From Patescibacteria group bacterium (lineage in GTDB: Bacteria; Patescibacteriota; Minisyncoccia; Phycocordibacterales; UBA9973): DNA of 64,000 nucleotides. This document shows, in pieces, positions 39,800 through 50,275 of the stretch (positions are counted from its first letter, which is position 1; each line of letters opens with the position of its first letter). Where the stretch lies: assembly GCA_038063915.1 (NCBI GenBank), contig JBBTUE010000004.1:102719-166718 (forward strand), in the 5' to 3' direction. Under the pieces are notes generated by a model. That model searched no databases. It saw nothing but the letters and a program-made list of their open reading frames with translations, and was not told where the DNA came from. Position numbers and translations under genes: made by a program.

Positions 39800-40162
39800 A
39801 TGATTCAATCCGTTGGATCTGATCTACTTCAAATGTTGATTATGCGAATAGGTGATCCATTTACCTATCACGCAGAAGCCCTTCTGGACTACATGAAAAG
39901 TGAAGGTCTGAAAGAGATAAAAGTGAACGGTGGAGGGCGGATTAATTTTTCACTTAATGAAAAAGAAGTCACTGTTACAGAAAAATCTTACGCCTTCGGC
40001 AAAGCCTACCCAAAGGAAGTAGAAGAGTTTATAAAAACTGTATGGCCTTCATTTTCAGTTTCCACAGAGTACATGGCTGTAGATCCAAGCAGAAAAGAAA
40101 TGTCAGTTACCGGAAGAGTGTTTACGATAGGACGGGTCAAAGAACACGCCGATAACCCTTAA
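39800..40162 (+). CDS. hypothetical protein
   Basis: 120-aa ORF with plausible start and terminator; no motif recognised. Confidence 0.4.
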   Translation: MIQSVGSDLLQMLIMRIGDPFTYHAEALLDYMKSEGLKEIKVNGGGRINFSLNEKEVTVTEKSYAFGKAYPKEVEEFIKTVWPSFSVSTEYMAVDPSRKEMSVTGRVFTIGRVKEHADNP

Positions 40163-40180
40163 AAATTGTTTTTCAATAAT

Positions 40181-40211
40181 AAAAAAGAAGCTCGCTGGAG
40201 CTTCTTTTTTG
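40181..40211. terminator. bidirectional terminator
   Basis: aaaaaagaagctc-gctg-gagcttctttttt. Confidence 0.55.
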
Positions 40212-40213
40212 AT

Positions 40214-42430
40214 TTACTTCTTTTTTACATTCTCGCCAGTCTTATGCGGGTTATGCATCTTGCACATCTTATTACTACAACGCTCGGGAATAGTTTTTGT
40301 ACCTTCCATCATTAGCGATTGGCAAAGGGGACAGATATTACCCGTTGGCTTGGCTTTTATCGCATTCTTGCAAGTAGGGTAGTTACTACAAGAATAAAAT
40401 ATTCCAAACCGTCCTCTTCGCTCCATCATTTTCCCACTATTGCAAACTGGGCAAGTCACGTCAGTCATTTTCTTTTTCTTCTCTTCTTCATCTTCTTTTA
40501 TGAATTTACATTTTGGGTATCTTGAACAAGAAACAAATGCTCCGAACTTACCTTGGCGTACTACGAGCTTGCCTCCACCCGACTTTCCTTTTTTATCGCC
40601 ACAGAGTGGACACATTTCCCCAGTCTCTTTCGGTCCTTCTAATTCGTTACCTTCCATCGTCCGAGCGCCAGCACAATCAGGATATTTTGCACATGAATAG
40701 AATTTGCCATTGCGTGCGAGTTTTATAATCATTTCACCCCCACATTTTGGGCAGAGCATATCCGTTGGTGCTTCACCCATATTTGTCGCTTTCGCGAGTT
40801 TGTCTTTTGCTTTTATGTCTTTCTGGAAGGGAATATAGAAATCTTTTAAAGTTTTCACATATTCGCGTGTTCCATTCGCGATGTCATCGAGCTCATTTTC
40901 CATCTCGGCAGTAAAAGTATCACTAATGTACTCTCCAAAGTTATTCTCAAGAAAGCTTGATACCACATCCCCGGTGTCAGTCGGGAAAAGGGTGCGACCT
41001 TCCTTGGTCACATAACCTCGATCTTCAAGCGTTTTCATGATGGAAGCATATGTACTAGGTCTACCAATATCACGAGCCTCGAGCTCTTTGACGAGCCCTG
41101 CTTCAGAATAGCGATTTGGTGGCTCAGTAAACTTTTCGATATTTTTAAGTTCAAGTAATTTTAATTCTTCTCCAATTTCCACAAGCGGTAGCTCCACATC
41201 TTCTCCTCGAGCTTCTGTATCAACTGCGAGCCATCCAGGGGAAAGAACCCTTGAACCATTTGCAGTAAAGTCAGGTACTCCATTTTCTTTGATATTGGCC
41301 ACAATTTTTGTCTTCATAAGTTTCGCATCTATCATTTGCGATGAGACTGTGCGCTCCCAAATCAGGCGATACAATTTCTTCTGTTCGTCGTTTATTCCTT
41401 CGTTCATACTATCGATATGTGTCGGACGAATAGCTTCATGCGCTTCTTGAGCGTTCTTTGATTTGGTTTTATAAATTCGTGGTTCAGCTTGGTCTTTACC
41501 ATATTTTTTCTCTATGATTTTTTGTATTTGAATTTGGGCTGTAGTTGCGATATTTGTACTGTCTGTACGCATATACGTTATGAATCCTTGCTCGTATAAT
41601 TTTTGAGCTACACCCATAGTACGTGCCGGTGAGAACCCTAAACGAGTGCTCGCAGTTTGTTGGAGTGTCGAAGTAGTAAAAGGTGCACGAGGACTTCGCT
41701 TTTGTTCTGATGCTTTTAAATCTGTCACGTACCATTTTTCCTTCTGGCCGAGGTCAAGTATTTTATCGACAATTTTTTGGTCGCGTGGTTCGTCGACACA
41801 TGTCAGTGTGAGTTTCTCCCTCTTGTGCGTCTCAAATAATCCTTCGAGCATCCAATATTGCTCTGGTATAAATGCGCGGATTTCCCGTTCCCGTTCCATG
41901 ATGATACGGAGTGCAGGGGATTGGACTCGCCCAGCTGATAATCCATATCGTACTTTTTTCCAAATAATTCCAGAGAGGTCATACCCGACAAGGCGATCGA
42001 GCACTCGGCGGGCTTCTTGAGCTTTGCGCAAATTGGTATCAATATCTCGCGGAGATTTCAAAGCCTCTTCTACTGCCTCTTTAGTAATTTCGTGGAAGGT
42101 AACACGCTTTATAGGAGCTTTTACTTTCTTGTCACTATTTAGCAATTCCTCTATATGCCATGCAATAGCTTCTCCTTCACGATCTGGGTCAGTAGCGAGC
42201 ATTATCTCTGTGGCTTTTTCAGCCAAGTGCTGTAGCTCGTGGACAACTTTTTCTTTACCCCTAGATATTTCGTAATGAGGTACAAATCCAGCAGGAATAT
42301 CAATCGCTATTTTATTTGACTTTGGTAAGTCGCGAATATGTCCGACAGATGCACGTACAGTAAATGCGCCGTCTAAATATTTCTCAATGGTCTTCGCTTT
42401 CGATGGCGACTCAACAATCAATAATTTCAT
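40214..42430 (-). CDS. topA: DNA topoisomerase I
   Basis: TOPRIM MKLLIVESPSKAKTIEKYL, catalytic Tyr region, multiple C-terminal C4 zinc ribbons. Confidence 0.9.
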   Translation of the reverse strand: MKLLIVESPSKAKTIEKYLDGAFTVRASVGHIRDLPKSNKIAIDIPAGFVPHYEISRGKEKVVHELQHLAEKATEIMLATDPDREGEAIAWHIEELLNSDKKVKAPIKRVTFHEITKEAVEEALKSPRDIDTNLRKAQEARRVLDRLVGYDLSGIIWKKVRYGLSAGRVQSPALRIIMEREREIRAFIPEQYWMLEGLFETHKREKLTLTCVDEPRDQKIVDKILDLGQKEKWYVTDLKASEQKRSPRAPFTTSTLQQTASTRLGFSPARTMGVAQKLYEQGFITYMRTDSTNIATTAQIQIQKIIEKKYGKDQAEPRIYKTKSKNAQEAHEAIRPTHIDSMNEGINDEQKKLYRLIWERTVSSQMIDAKLMKTKIVANIKENGVPDFTANGSRVLSPGWLAVDTEARGEDVELPLVEIGEELKLLELKNIEKFTEPPNRYSEAGLVKELEARDIGRPSTYASIMKTLEDRGYVTKEGRTLFPTDTGDVVSSFLENNFGEYISDTFTAEMENELDDIANGTREYVKTLKDFYIPFQKDIKAKDKLAKATNMGEAPTDMLCPKCGGEMIIKLARNGKFYSCAKYPDCAGARTMEGNELEGPKETGEMCPLCGDKKGKSGGGKLVVRQGKFGAFVSCSRYPKCKFIKEDEEEKKKKMTDVTCPVCNSGKMMERRGRFGIFYSCSNYPTCKNAIKAKPTGNICPLCQSLMMEGTKTIPERCSNKMCKMHNPHKTGENVKKK

Positions 42431-42499
42431 TATGACTCTATTAGTAGCATCTCCGCAATTTTTTTGCAAATTATATAAGATGTTTGTTGCGTGTAGAAT

Positions 42500-42931
42500 A
42501 TGTTATATAATAGACTTATGTGGATTTTTTATGCTTTCCTATCTTCTATACTCATCGCCATTACCGGTTTATTTGATAAACTCGCTTTGCGCTCCATCAA
42601 GTCTTCTGACAGCCTTTTAATTAAGTCTATTATCATGGGTTTAATAATGGCAGTCATTGTACTTTTAACTACAGGAGCAAAATCCTTACATACAGCAAAC
42701 AAGATGGATTTATTTTATCTACTTATAGCTGGTGTTATTGGAACTTTTGCTTGGCTAACATATAACCTAGCATTATCTAGTGGCTCACTTTCTATTGTTT
42801 CACTAATTTACAGGTCAAGCTTTGTTATATCAGTACTACTTGGGATTTTCTTACTAAATGAAAGTTTTACTGCTACTAAAGTAGTAGGAGTGATACTTTC
42901 TATCGCAGGACTTATATTCGTGTCTCTATAA
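42500..42931 (+). CDS. small DMT/EamA-like membrane protein
   Basis: 4-5 TM helices, EamA half-domain-like. Confidence 0.5.
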   Translation: MLYNRLMWIFYAFLSSILIAITGLFDKLALRSIKSSDSLLIKSIIMGLIMAVIVLLTTGAKSLHTANKMDLFYLLIAGVIGTFAWLTYNLALSSGSLSIVSLIYRSSFVISVLLGIFLLNESFTATKVVGVILSIAGLIFVSL

Positions 42932-42940
42932 TTTAGAAAT

Positions 42941-43804
42941 TTAGACTTTTCTTATTTCTCCTAGTTCTTCTTTGATTAATTCTTTTATTTCCATCATTGA
43001 AAGAAGTGCATTTGCTTTTGCTGTATCCATGCCTAGTGCTCGGATTAGCTCGTCGCGTTCCATCGGTTCAAGTAAGAGCCTGATGACTTCACCTTCTTCT
43101 CTAGTGCAGTCGGCGTACTTTTCTTCATCAGAAAGTATAGGCTTTTCCATTTCAAATCCGAGAGCTTCAAGAAGTTCATTGCTATTTGTTATGGGTGTTG
43201 CACCTTGGCGGAGTAAATTGTTGGACCCTTTGGAATTAGATGAGAAGACTGACCCAGGTACAACTAATACATCACGATTGTAATCGAGCGCCATGCGTGC
43301 AGTAACTAAAGTTCCAGATTTTTCGCCAGCTTCAATAATAAGCACGGCGCGGGCAATACCTGCCATCAAGCGGTTGCGCTGAGGGAAGGAATATATAGTA
43401 GCCTTCCAATTCGGATCAAGCTCAGATATAAGGCACCCACCAGCGTCTACTATTTCTTGAGCTAGTTTTATATTGCTCTGTGGATGGATCACTGAGTTAT
43501 CTAATCCTGATCCTGGGAATGACACAGTTGTAATCCCGTTCGTAAGTGCCGCTCGATGAGCGATACTATCTATGCCTATAGCAAGACCTGAGACGATAGC
43601 GATTGGGTAGCCTTTAAGTCCGGCGATTAATTTCTCGCAAATATCACGCCCATATGAAGTGTACTTTCGTGAACCGACTACGGCTAAGTAGATAAAATCT
43701 TTCGGTGGCAACTTACCGCGAATGTATAGCTTCTTCGGTGGTTGGGGAATTTCGAGTAAAGCTTTTGGGAACTCCTCTAGTTTTAATTTATCTATGTCCT
43801 CCAT
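42941..43804 (-). CDS. dprA: DNA processing protein DprA (Smf)
   Basis: VVGSRKYTSYG...AIVSGLAIGIDSIAHRAAL Rossmann motif; conserved dprA-topA adjacency. Confidence 0.85.
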   Translation of the reverse strand: MEDIDKLKLEEFPKALLEIPQPPKKLYIRGKLPPKDFIYLAVVGSRKYTSYGRDICEKLIAGLKGYPIAIVSGLAIGIDSIAHRAALTNGITTVSFPGSGLDNSVIHPQSNIKLAQEIVDAGGCLISELDPNWKATIYSFPQRNRLMAGIARAVLIIEAGEKSGTLVTARMALDYNRDVLVVPGSVFSSNSKGSNNLLRQGATPITNSNELLEALGFEMEKPILSDEEKYADCTREEGEVIRLLLEPMERDELIRALGMDTAKANALLSMMEIKELIKEELGEIRKV

Positions 43805-43844
43805 ACGATTTGTCTATTGTATCATTTTTTTATATACTGAGGAT

Positions 43845-45152
43845 ATGTTAGATATCAAATTCATCCGAGAAAATAAAGATATAGTAAAAGCTGGTATCCA
43901 GAAAAAGAATGCCACTGTCGATATTGACGAGCTCCTAGATTTAGATGAGAAGCGCCTTGCTATTATGGCTCGTACTGAAGCACTTCGCAGTGAGCAGAAT
44001 AAGATGAATACGTCTATTGCTACAGAGAAGGACTCAAATGTTCGTGGACAGATGATAAATGAGATGAAGATGGTAAAAGATGAATTTAAAGAAAAAGAAG
44101 AAGAGTTAGAGAAGGTACTAATAGAGTGGCAGAAACTTATGCTTAAAATACCAAACATCCCGTCAGTAGATACTCCAGAGGGGCCGGATGAGACAGGCAA
44201 CCAAGTTATAAGAGAGTGGGGAGAAAAGCCAGAGTTCACCTTCGCACCTAAAGAACACTTTGAATTAGGAAAAGCCTTAGGAATAATTGATACCGAGACG
44301 GCAGCCGAGGTTGCATCTTCTAGATTCTCGTATCTAAAAGGGGATTTAGTACTTTTACAATTTGCACTTATTCAGATGTGTTTAGAAATTTTAACTAATA
44401 AAGAAACTTTAGAAGCTATAGCAAAAGATGCAGGACTCTCAATTATTCCTTCTGTGTTTACTCCTGTTATACCACCAGTTTTTATCCGACCACTTGTTCA
44501 AGTAAAGATGGCCCGTTATATGGCACCAGAGGACCACTACGTTTTTCCCAATGATGATCTTATGCTTATCGGTAGTGCTGAGCACACTCTCGGCTCTATG
44601 CATATGAATAAAATTTTTGAAGAAAATGAACTACCAGTCAGATATGCAGGGTACTCTACTGCCTTCAGACGTGAGGCGGGCACAGCTGGCAAAGATACAA
44701 ATGGAATCTTGAGACAGCACCAATTTGATAAATTAGAAATAGAAGTTTTCTCTCTACCTGAGAATGGTATTGGAGAGCAGAATTTTCTTGTAGCAATACA
44801 AGAACATGTATTAAAATCTCTAAAAATACCTTATCAAGTAGTATTGATTTGTAGTGGCGATATGGGTTTCCCTGATACAAGGCAGATTGATATTAATACT
44901 TGGATGCCAGGACAAAATATATATAGAGAAACTCATAGTTCTGATTTTACTGGTGGTTTTCAGTCTCGTCGTCTCAATACTCGCGTGCGCAGAGCTGATG
45001 GTAAAATAGAGCCTGTTCATATGAATGATGCCACTGTTGTCGCAATCGGTCGCACCCTTATTGCCATTATGGAGAACTACCAGCAGGAAGATGGCACAAT
45101 AAAAATACCAGAAGTTCTGCAGAAATATTTAGGTAAAGATACTATTTCGTAG
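43845..45152 (+). CDS. serS: seryl-tRNA synthetase
   Basis: N-terminal coiled-coil arm, class II motifs (FRRE, GSAEHTL); start at ATG 43845 (MLDIKFIREN). Confidence 0.9.
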   Translation: MLDIKFIRENKDIVKAGIQKKNATVDIDELLDLDEKRLAIMARTEALRSEQNKMNTSIATEKDSNVRGQMINEMKMVKDEFKEKEEELEKVLIEWQKLMLKIPNIPSVDTPEGPDETGNQVIREWGEKPEFTFAPKEHFELGKALGIIDTETAAEVASSRFSYLKGDLVLLQFALIQMCLEILTNKETLEAIAKDAGLSIIPSVFTPVIPPVFIRPLVQVKMARYMAPEDHYVFPNDDLMLIGSAEHTLGSMHMNKIFEENELPVRYAGYSTAFRREAGTAGKDTNGILRQHQFDKLEIEVFSLPENGIGEQNFLVAIQEHVLKSLKIPYQVVLICSGDMGFPDTRQIDINTWMPGQNIYRETHSSDFTGGFQSRRLNTRVRRADGKIEPVHMNDATVVAIGRTLIAIMENYQQEDGTIKIPEVLQKYLGKDTIS

Positions 45153-45159
45153 GTTTCAT

Positions 45160-46023
45160 ATGAAAGATATTCTCACATCACCGCGCATAATGGATATGAA
45201 GCGTAAGCGTCGCGTACGACGCATCAGATTAAATGTTCTTATTTTTGTATTATTTTTAAGTATTGTTTACGCGCTTGGGTATTTCTCTTCCAATCATCGC
45301 ATAACTATAAATCGTATTAGTATCACTGGAACTCGTATCCTAAAAGAAGAAGAAGTTCTAACGATAGTTAAGAATGCATTGTCGGGCAAGTATATTAAGT
45401 TATTTTCGAGAAGTAATAGTTTTATATATCCTAAAAATCAAATTCACAAGGAATTGACCACAAAGTTCCCACGCATCGAAAAGTTGTCTATTAATCGAGA
45501 TAATTGGAATACTTTACATATAGATATATCTGAACGTTTCGGTTCATCACTTTACTGCGGGAAAAATGTACCAGACGAAAAGTTGGAGGTTGGTGAAAAT
45601 TGTTACTTTGTAAATAACGATGGCTATATATTTGATAAAGCTCCATATTTCTCAGGGAATATTTATTTAAAATATTATATAGGTCTCCCAGAAGGTGTGG
45701 GTGACCCTATGGGGAAGCAAATACTTTCACCAGATATATTCCATAAATATATAAGATTTATAGATGGACTGACCACCTTAGGGTTTAAACCCATATATGT
45801 AGTTATAGGTGGCGGTGATAACTCTATATATCTAGATCACATAGAAGGTGTCACAGCACCCAAGATAATTTTTACAAATGAAAACGACATGGATAATATA
45901 CTCGATAATTTGTCTCTGTCCATGAATAAACCCGAATTTGCTAACGAAATCAAAGGGAAGTATACTACTCTCCTATATATAGATCTGCGGTTTAAGAATA
46001 AGGTTCTATATAAGTTTGAATAA
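45160..46023 (+). CDS. FtsQ/DivIB-like POTRA-domain cell-division protein
   Basis: Basic N-terminus, one TM, POTRA-like ITINRISITGTRILKEEEV...HIDISER. Confidence 0.5.
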   Translation: MKDILTSPRIMDMKRKRRVRRIRLNVLIFVLFLSIVYALGYFSSNHRITINRISITGTRILKEEEVLTIVKNALSGKYIKLFSRSNSFIYPKNQIHKELTTKFPRIEKLSINRDNWNTLHIDISERFGSSLYCGKNVPDEKLEVGENCYFVNNDGYIFDKAPYFSGNIYLKYYIGLPEGVGDPMGKQILSPDIFHKYIRFIDGLTTLGFKPIYVVIGGGDNSIYLDHIEGVTAPKIIFTNENDMDNILDNLSLSMNKPEFANEIKGKYTTLLYIDLRFKNKVLYKFE

Positions 46024-46985
46024 TGTCTAATTTCTGGGAAAAGTTACCAAAACCATTTTTTGCCCTAGCACCGATGGCCGATGTCACCGATACGGCTTTT
46101 CGTCGTATCATATGTAAATATGGCAAGCCAGATGTAACATGGACTGAGTTCGTGTCTGTAGATGGACTTTGTTCTATTGGAAAAGAAAAGTTATTGATCG
46201 ATTTGAAATATACTGAAGGTGAAAGACCAATAGTAGCGCAAATATTCGGAAGTAAGCCTGAGAATTTTGAAAAAGTAGCGCATATGCTAGTAGAGATGGG
46301 TTTCGACGGCATAGATATAAATATGGGTTGTCCTGTAAAAAAAGTTCTAAATCAAAATTCTTGTTCAGCACTTATTCGCACTCCGGAACTTGCTCAAGAA
46401 ATAATTCTGGCAACGATGCGAGGAGCAGGGAATTTACCAGTTTCTGTAAAAACGCGTATCGGATTTAATAAAATGGAAATAGAAACTTGGATTCCGCAAG
46501 TTTTAGAAACAAAACCCGCAGCCCTTACCGTGCATTTGCGAACTGTCAAGGAAATGTCCCTCGTTCCAGCCCATTGGGAAGTGATGAAGCAGGTTGTGGA
46601 ATTACGTAATAAGATTTCTCCAAAAACTCTCATAATAGGTAATGGTGATGTGCGCGACATTGTCCATGCCAAAGAGCTTGTCAGACAAACTGGGTGCGAT
46701 GGTATCATGCTTGGTCGTGCAATATTTGGAAACCCTTGGCTTTTTACGGGTTATGTACCTAATACAGAGGAGAAGCTCAAGATTATGGTTGAGCATACAA
46801 AGCTCTTTGAAGAATTGCTCGGTAAAGTAAAAAACTTTGCTATTATGAAAAAGCACTACAAAGCTTATGTAAATGGTTTCGATGGCGCCAAGGAACTGCG
46901 AGTAAAGCTTATGGAATGTAATAATTCAAGGGAAGTAGAAGCCCTTGTGGATAACTTTCTTGCGAATCCAGAAGAAGTGCTATAA
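46023..46985 (+). CDS. dus: tRNA-dihydrouridine synthase
   Basis: LAPMADVTDTAFRRI, FMN/TIM-barrel motifs, catalytic Cys region. Confidence 0.85.
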   Translation: MSNFWEKLPKPFFALAPMADVTDTAFRRIICKYGKPDVTWTEFVSVDGLCSIGKEKLLIDLKYTEGERPIVAQIFGSKPENFEKVAHMLVEMGFDGIDINMGCPVKKVLNQNSCSALIRTPELAQEIILATMRGAGNLPVSVKTRIGFNKMEIETWIPQVLETKPAALTVHLRTVKEMSLVPAHWEVMKQVVELRNKISPKTLIIGNGDVRDIVHAKELVRQTGCDGIMLGRAIFGNPWLFTGYVPNTEEKLKIMVEHTKLFEELLGKVKNFAIMKKHYKAYVNGFDGAKELRVKLMECNNSREVEALVDNFLANPEEVL

Positions 46986-47059
46986 TGGTTTCCAGTGTAT
47001 ACCAAGAGAAAAAGTAAAGATCGAAAGCCTAATGCCTTCATTTTTTATTTTCCTCTTTT

Positions 47060-47116
47060 AGCCCCCATGTTTGGGGGATTTTTTTTGCCTCATTCTCGTC
47101 AAATGAGGCTTTTATT
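47060..47116 (+). terminator. tandem hairpin terminators
   Basis: ccccca-tgtt-tggggg plus a T9 run, then gcctcatt-ctcgtca-aatgaggc plus a T-run. Confidence 0.5.
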
Positions 47117-47130
47117 AATCAATATTTTAT

Positions 47131-47970
47131 ATGAAAAATAATTACATAGGGTGCGAAGATACTGTAGCTTTTAGTGAGGTTATAAATCGAGTTCGAAGTT
47201 TTTTCTTGGCAAAGAATTTCGTTGAAGTTCATACACAAGATAGGCTATCGATACTTGCTGCCTGCGAAGACCCAGAGACTGTTGCTACATACGAGTACGC
47301 GGGGCAGATCTGGCCTCTACCACAGACAGGACAGATGTGGCTCGAATATGAGTTATTAACAAGAGATAGAGTGCCAGGTGTCTTTTGTGTCTCGACTAGT
47401 TATCGAAATGAAAAAAATCCAGTTCCCGGTCGGCATAAGATTATTTTCCCAATGTTTGAATTTGAATCACGAGGCACAATCGAGGATTTAAAAAAGTTGG
47501 AAGCTGAATTATTAGAACATCTTGGCTTTGGTTCTAAAGAAAAATTTCCTCACAAGACCTACGATGAACTTTCTAATGATTATAAAGTCAAAGAACTCTC
47601 ACATAAAGAAGAGAAAAAGATGCAAGAAGATTACGGCCCTGTCATATTCCTAGAACACTTTCCGATCTACACATCACCATTTTGGAATATGAAGAAATGC
47701 GGTGGTCACGCTCATAAGATTGATGTCATTATAGGTGGCAGTGAGACTATCGGTTCAGCTGAGCGAAGTACAGATGTAGATGAGATGAGGGAGCAGTTTC
47801 ACACAATCTCCGGTGGCAAATATGCTGGCAGGCTCTACGAACTTTTTGGACGAGAGCGTGTGATTACAGAACTTGAAGAATTTCTGTCACTCTCATTTTT
47901 CCCTAGATTCGGTGGGGGAATAGGTGTTACACGTTTAATAGACGGTATGAAGTCTGGTGGCTTGTTATGA
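47131..47970 (+). CDS. class II aaRS catalytic-core paralog lacking an anticodon-binding domain (archaeal-type AsnA-like aspartate-ammonia ligase)
   Basis: Motif 2-like SYRNEKNPVPGRHKIIFPMFEFE, GGSETIGSAER, motif 3-like GGGIGVTRL; 279 aa. Architecture resembles Pyrococcus AsnA (RLESRRKDDGRHSYEFTQLDFE...AGAGIGVERL). Confidence 0.5.
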   Translation: MKNNYIGCEDTVAFSEVINRVRSFFLAKNFVEVHTQDRLSILAACEDPETVATYEYAGQIWPLPQTGQMWLEYELLTRDRVPGVFCVSTSYRNEKNPVPGRHKIIFPMFEFESRGTIEDLKKLEAELLEHLGFGSKEKFPHKTYDELSNDYKVKELSHKEEKKMQEDYGPVIFLEHFPIYTSPFWNMKKCGGHAHKIDVIIGGSETIGSAERSTDVDEMREQFHTISGGKYAGRLYELFGRERVITELEEFLSLSFFPRFGGGIGVTRLIDGMKSGGLL

Positions 47971-47982
47971 TATACTAAATCC

Positions 47983-49032
47983 ATGAAAGCCATGGATAAA
48001 GATAGTAATATTGCGCTATATAGGAAATATCGCCCAGAGAGCTGGGATGATGTTATAGGGCAAGACCACATAGTCAAAGCCATAGAAGGAGCTCTAAAAA
48101 CTGGAAAAGTTGCTCATGCTTATCTCCTTTGCGGACCTCGTGGTACCGGCAAAACCACTATTGCTCGTATTATTGCGCATACTCTTGGTTCGTCTGTGAA
48201 TGATATTTACGAGATGGATGCAGCCTCTAATCGAGGGATTGATGACGTCCGTGACATCAGAGAGAACGTCAGGACTTTGCCTTTCGATTCAAAATATAAA
48301 ATCTATATTCTTGATGAAGTACACATGTTCACCAAAGATGCATGGAATGCACTACTTAAAACCATCGAAGAGCCACCAGATCATGTCATATTTATATTAG
48401 CTACTACTGAGCTTGAGAAAATTCCTGAGACAATAGTATCCCGTTGCCAGAGTTTTATATTTAAAAAACCAAATGATGCAATTTTATCTCTACATATAAA
48501 AGATATTGCCAAAAGGGAAGGGTATAAACTTGAAGAAGGTGGAGCTGAGCTTATTGCCTTGCTCGCCGATGGTGCATTTCGTGATGCGCTCGGGACTTTG
48601 CAGAAAGTTATTTCATTTTCAAAAGACAAAGTTATAAATATTACAGAGATTGAAGAAATTACTGGAGCCCCGAATACGACACTTGTAAATAATTTCCTTG
48701 ACGCTCTAGCGACAAATGATATTGAGAAAGGTTTTTCATCGATTGAGAAAGCGGTAAGTCAGAATCTTGATATGTCTGTCTATATTAAAATGATTCTTGC
48801 CAAGCTACGCTACGCGCTTATGATTCGCTACGTACCAGCAACAAAGAAATCCATAGAAACCGTTATATCTGAGAGTAATATGAGATTTATAGAGAATCTG
48901 ATATCTACCAAACCAGAGCATATATCTTCCAATACTTTATCTATATTACTCGAGACGTATCAAGCTCAAAAAAATGCTGTTATAAGTGAGTTGCCCCTTG
49001 AGCTTGCTTTAGTCAAAATTTTAAATGCCTAA
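47983..49032 (+). CDS. dnaX: DNA polymerase III subunit gamma/tau, minimal clamp-loader form
   Basis: LYRKYRPESWDDVIGQ, GPRGTGKTT, DEVHM, SRC motif; 349 aa. Confidence 0.75.
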   Translation: MKAMDKDSNIALYRKYRPESWDDVIGQDHIVKAIEGALKTGKVAHAYLLCGPRGTGKTTIARIIAHTLGSSVNDIYEMDAASNRGIDDVRDIRENVRTLPFDSKYKIYILDEVHMFTKDAWNALLKTIEEPPDHVIFILATTELEKIPETIVSRCQSFIFKKPNDAILSLHIKDIAKREGYKLEEGGAELIALLADGAFRDALGTLQKVISFSKDKVINITEIEEITGAPNTTLVNNFLDALATNDIEKGFSSIEKAVSQNLDMSVYIKMILAKLRYALMIRYVPATKKSIETVISESNMRFIENLISTKPEHISSNTLSILLETYQAQKNAVISELPLELALVKILNA

Positions 49033-50275
49033 AAATAGCGCTGAAATTTTTGACTGTATTATTATTGGTGGAGGAGCTTCCGGCATGATGGCTGGTGCAG
49101 TGGCGGGCGCTCGAGGCAAATCCATTTTAATATTAGATAAAAATAAATCGCTAGGCGAGAAACTGAAAATTACTGGTGGTGGAAGATGTAATATCACTAA
49201 CGCAGAAGAAGATCAGAGGGTATTTCTTTCAAACTATGGTAAGGCTGAAAAATTTCTATACTCTCCGTTCTCACTATTTGGGGCCAAAGATACGTTTCGA
49301 TACTTTGAAGACCGGGGACTTCCACTCGTCGTCCAAGCACGCAAACGTGCGTTTCCTCACACAGAAAAAGCGACTGACGTGCAGATACTTCTAAATAAAG
49401 AACTCATCAAAAATCGTGTGGCTATTAAGACTAGTTGCACAGTTCGAACGGTTCACTTTAAGAATAAATCAATTGTTTCTGTCGACACAAGCCAAGGTGC
49501 GTTTAAAGCTCACTCTTTTATCCTCTCTACTGGTGGTATGTCACATCCGGAAACTGGAGCAACAGGGGACGGCTTTAAATTTCTCAAAGATCTAGGCCAC
49601 AGCATAAAAGAACCGACTCCGTCTATCGTGCCTCTAGAAGTGAGTGATAAATGGATTCATATGCTAGCTGGTGTCTCACTTTCATTTATGAAAATTACTT
49701 TTTTCGTAGATGGTAAGAAAGCTTTTTCAAAGACAGGCAAAGTACTCTTTACTCATTTCGGTCTCTCAGGCCCACTCATACTAAATAGTGCAAGCCTTGT
49801 CAGTGACCTACTCCAGAGTGGCAAAGTCACAGCTACGATTGACGCATACCCTGATACAAACCATGGTGAGCTGTCTAGTAAAATTGTAAAGATATTTGAT
49901 ACCAATAAAAACAAAATGCTCAAAACCGTTTTTAAAGATATTGTACCCGATGGTACTCACAAAGCCATCGCGATAATTCTCGAAGATATAGATTTTGAAA
50001 AGAAAGTTCATAGTATTACAAAAGAAGAAAGGAAAAAGATTGTAGATATATTAAAAGCGTTACCTGTAAATATCACAAATCTTATGGGCTACGATAGGGC
50101 AGTTGTTGCTGACGGGGGAGTGATGCTAGAGGAAGTCGATACAAAGACTATGCGCTCAAAATTATTTGATAATTTATATATCACTGGGGATTTACTAAAC
50201 ATAAACCGCCCATCGGGCGGTTACGGACTACAACTATGCTGGACTACAGGGTATGTAGCTGGGATCTCTGTTTAA
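49025..50275 (+). CDS. HI0933-family FAD-dependent oxidoreductase
   Basis: DCIIIGGGASG dinucleotide fold, TGGGRCNITN signature. Confidence 0.75.
   Translation: MPKNSAEIFDCIIIGGGASGMMAGAVAGARGKSILILDKNKSLGEKLKITGGGRCNITNAEEDQRVFLSNYGKAEKFLYSPFSLFGAKDTFRYFEDRGLPLVVQARKRAFPHTEKATDVQILLNKELIKNRVAIKTSCTVRTVHFKNKSIVSVDTSQGAFKAHSFILSTGGMSHPETGATGDGFKFLKDLGHSIKEPTPSIVPLEVSDKWIHMLAGVSLSFMKITFFVDGKKAFSKTGKVLFTHFGLSGPLILNSASLVSDLLQSGKVTATIDAYPDTNHGELSSKIVKIFDTNKNKMLKTVFKDIVPDGTHKAIAIILEDIDFEKKVHSITKEERKKIVDILKALPVNITNLMGYDRAVVADGGVMLEEVDTKTMRSKLFDNLYITGDLLNINRPSGGYGLQLCWTTGYVAGISV

Noticed and set aside
39791-39801. TATATAAT box directly over the start codon of the 39800 ORF as its promoter
   Set aside because: A -10 element overlapping the ATG cannot drive that start. 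It is probably coincidental AT-rich sequence, or the true start lies further downstream.
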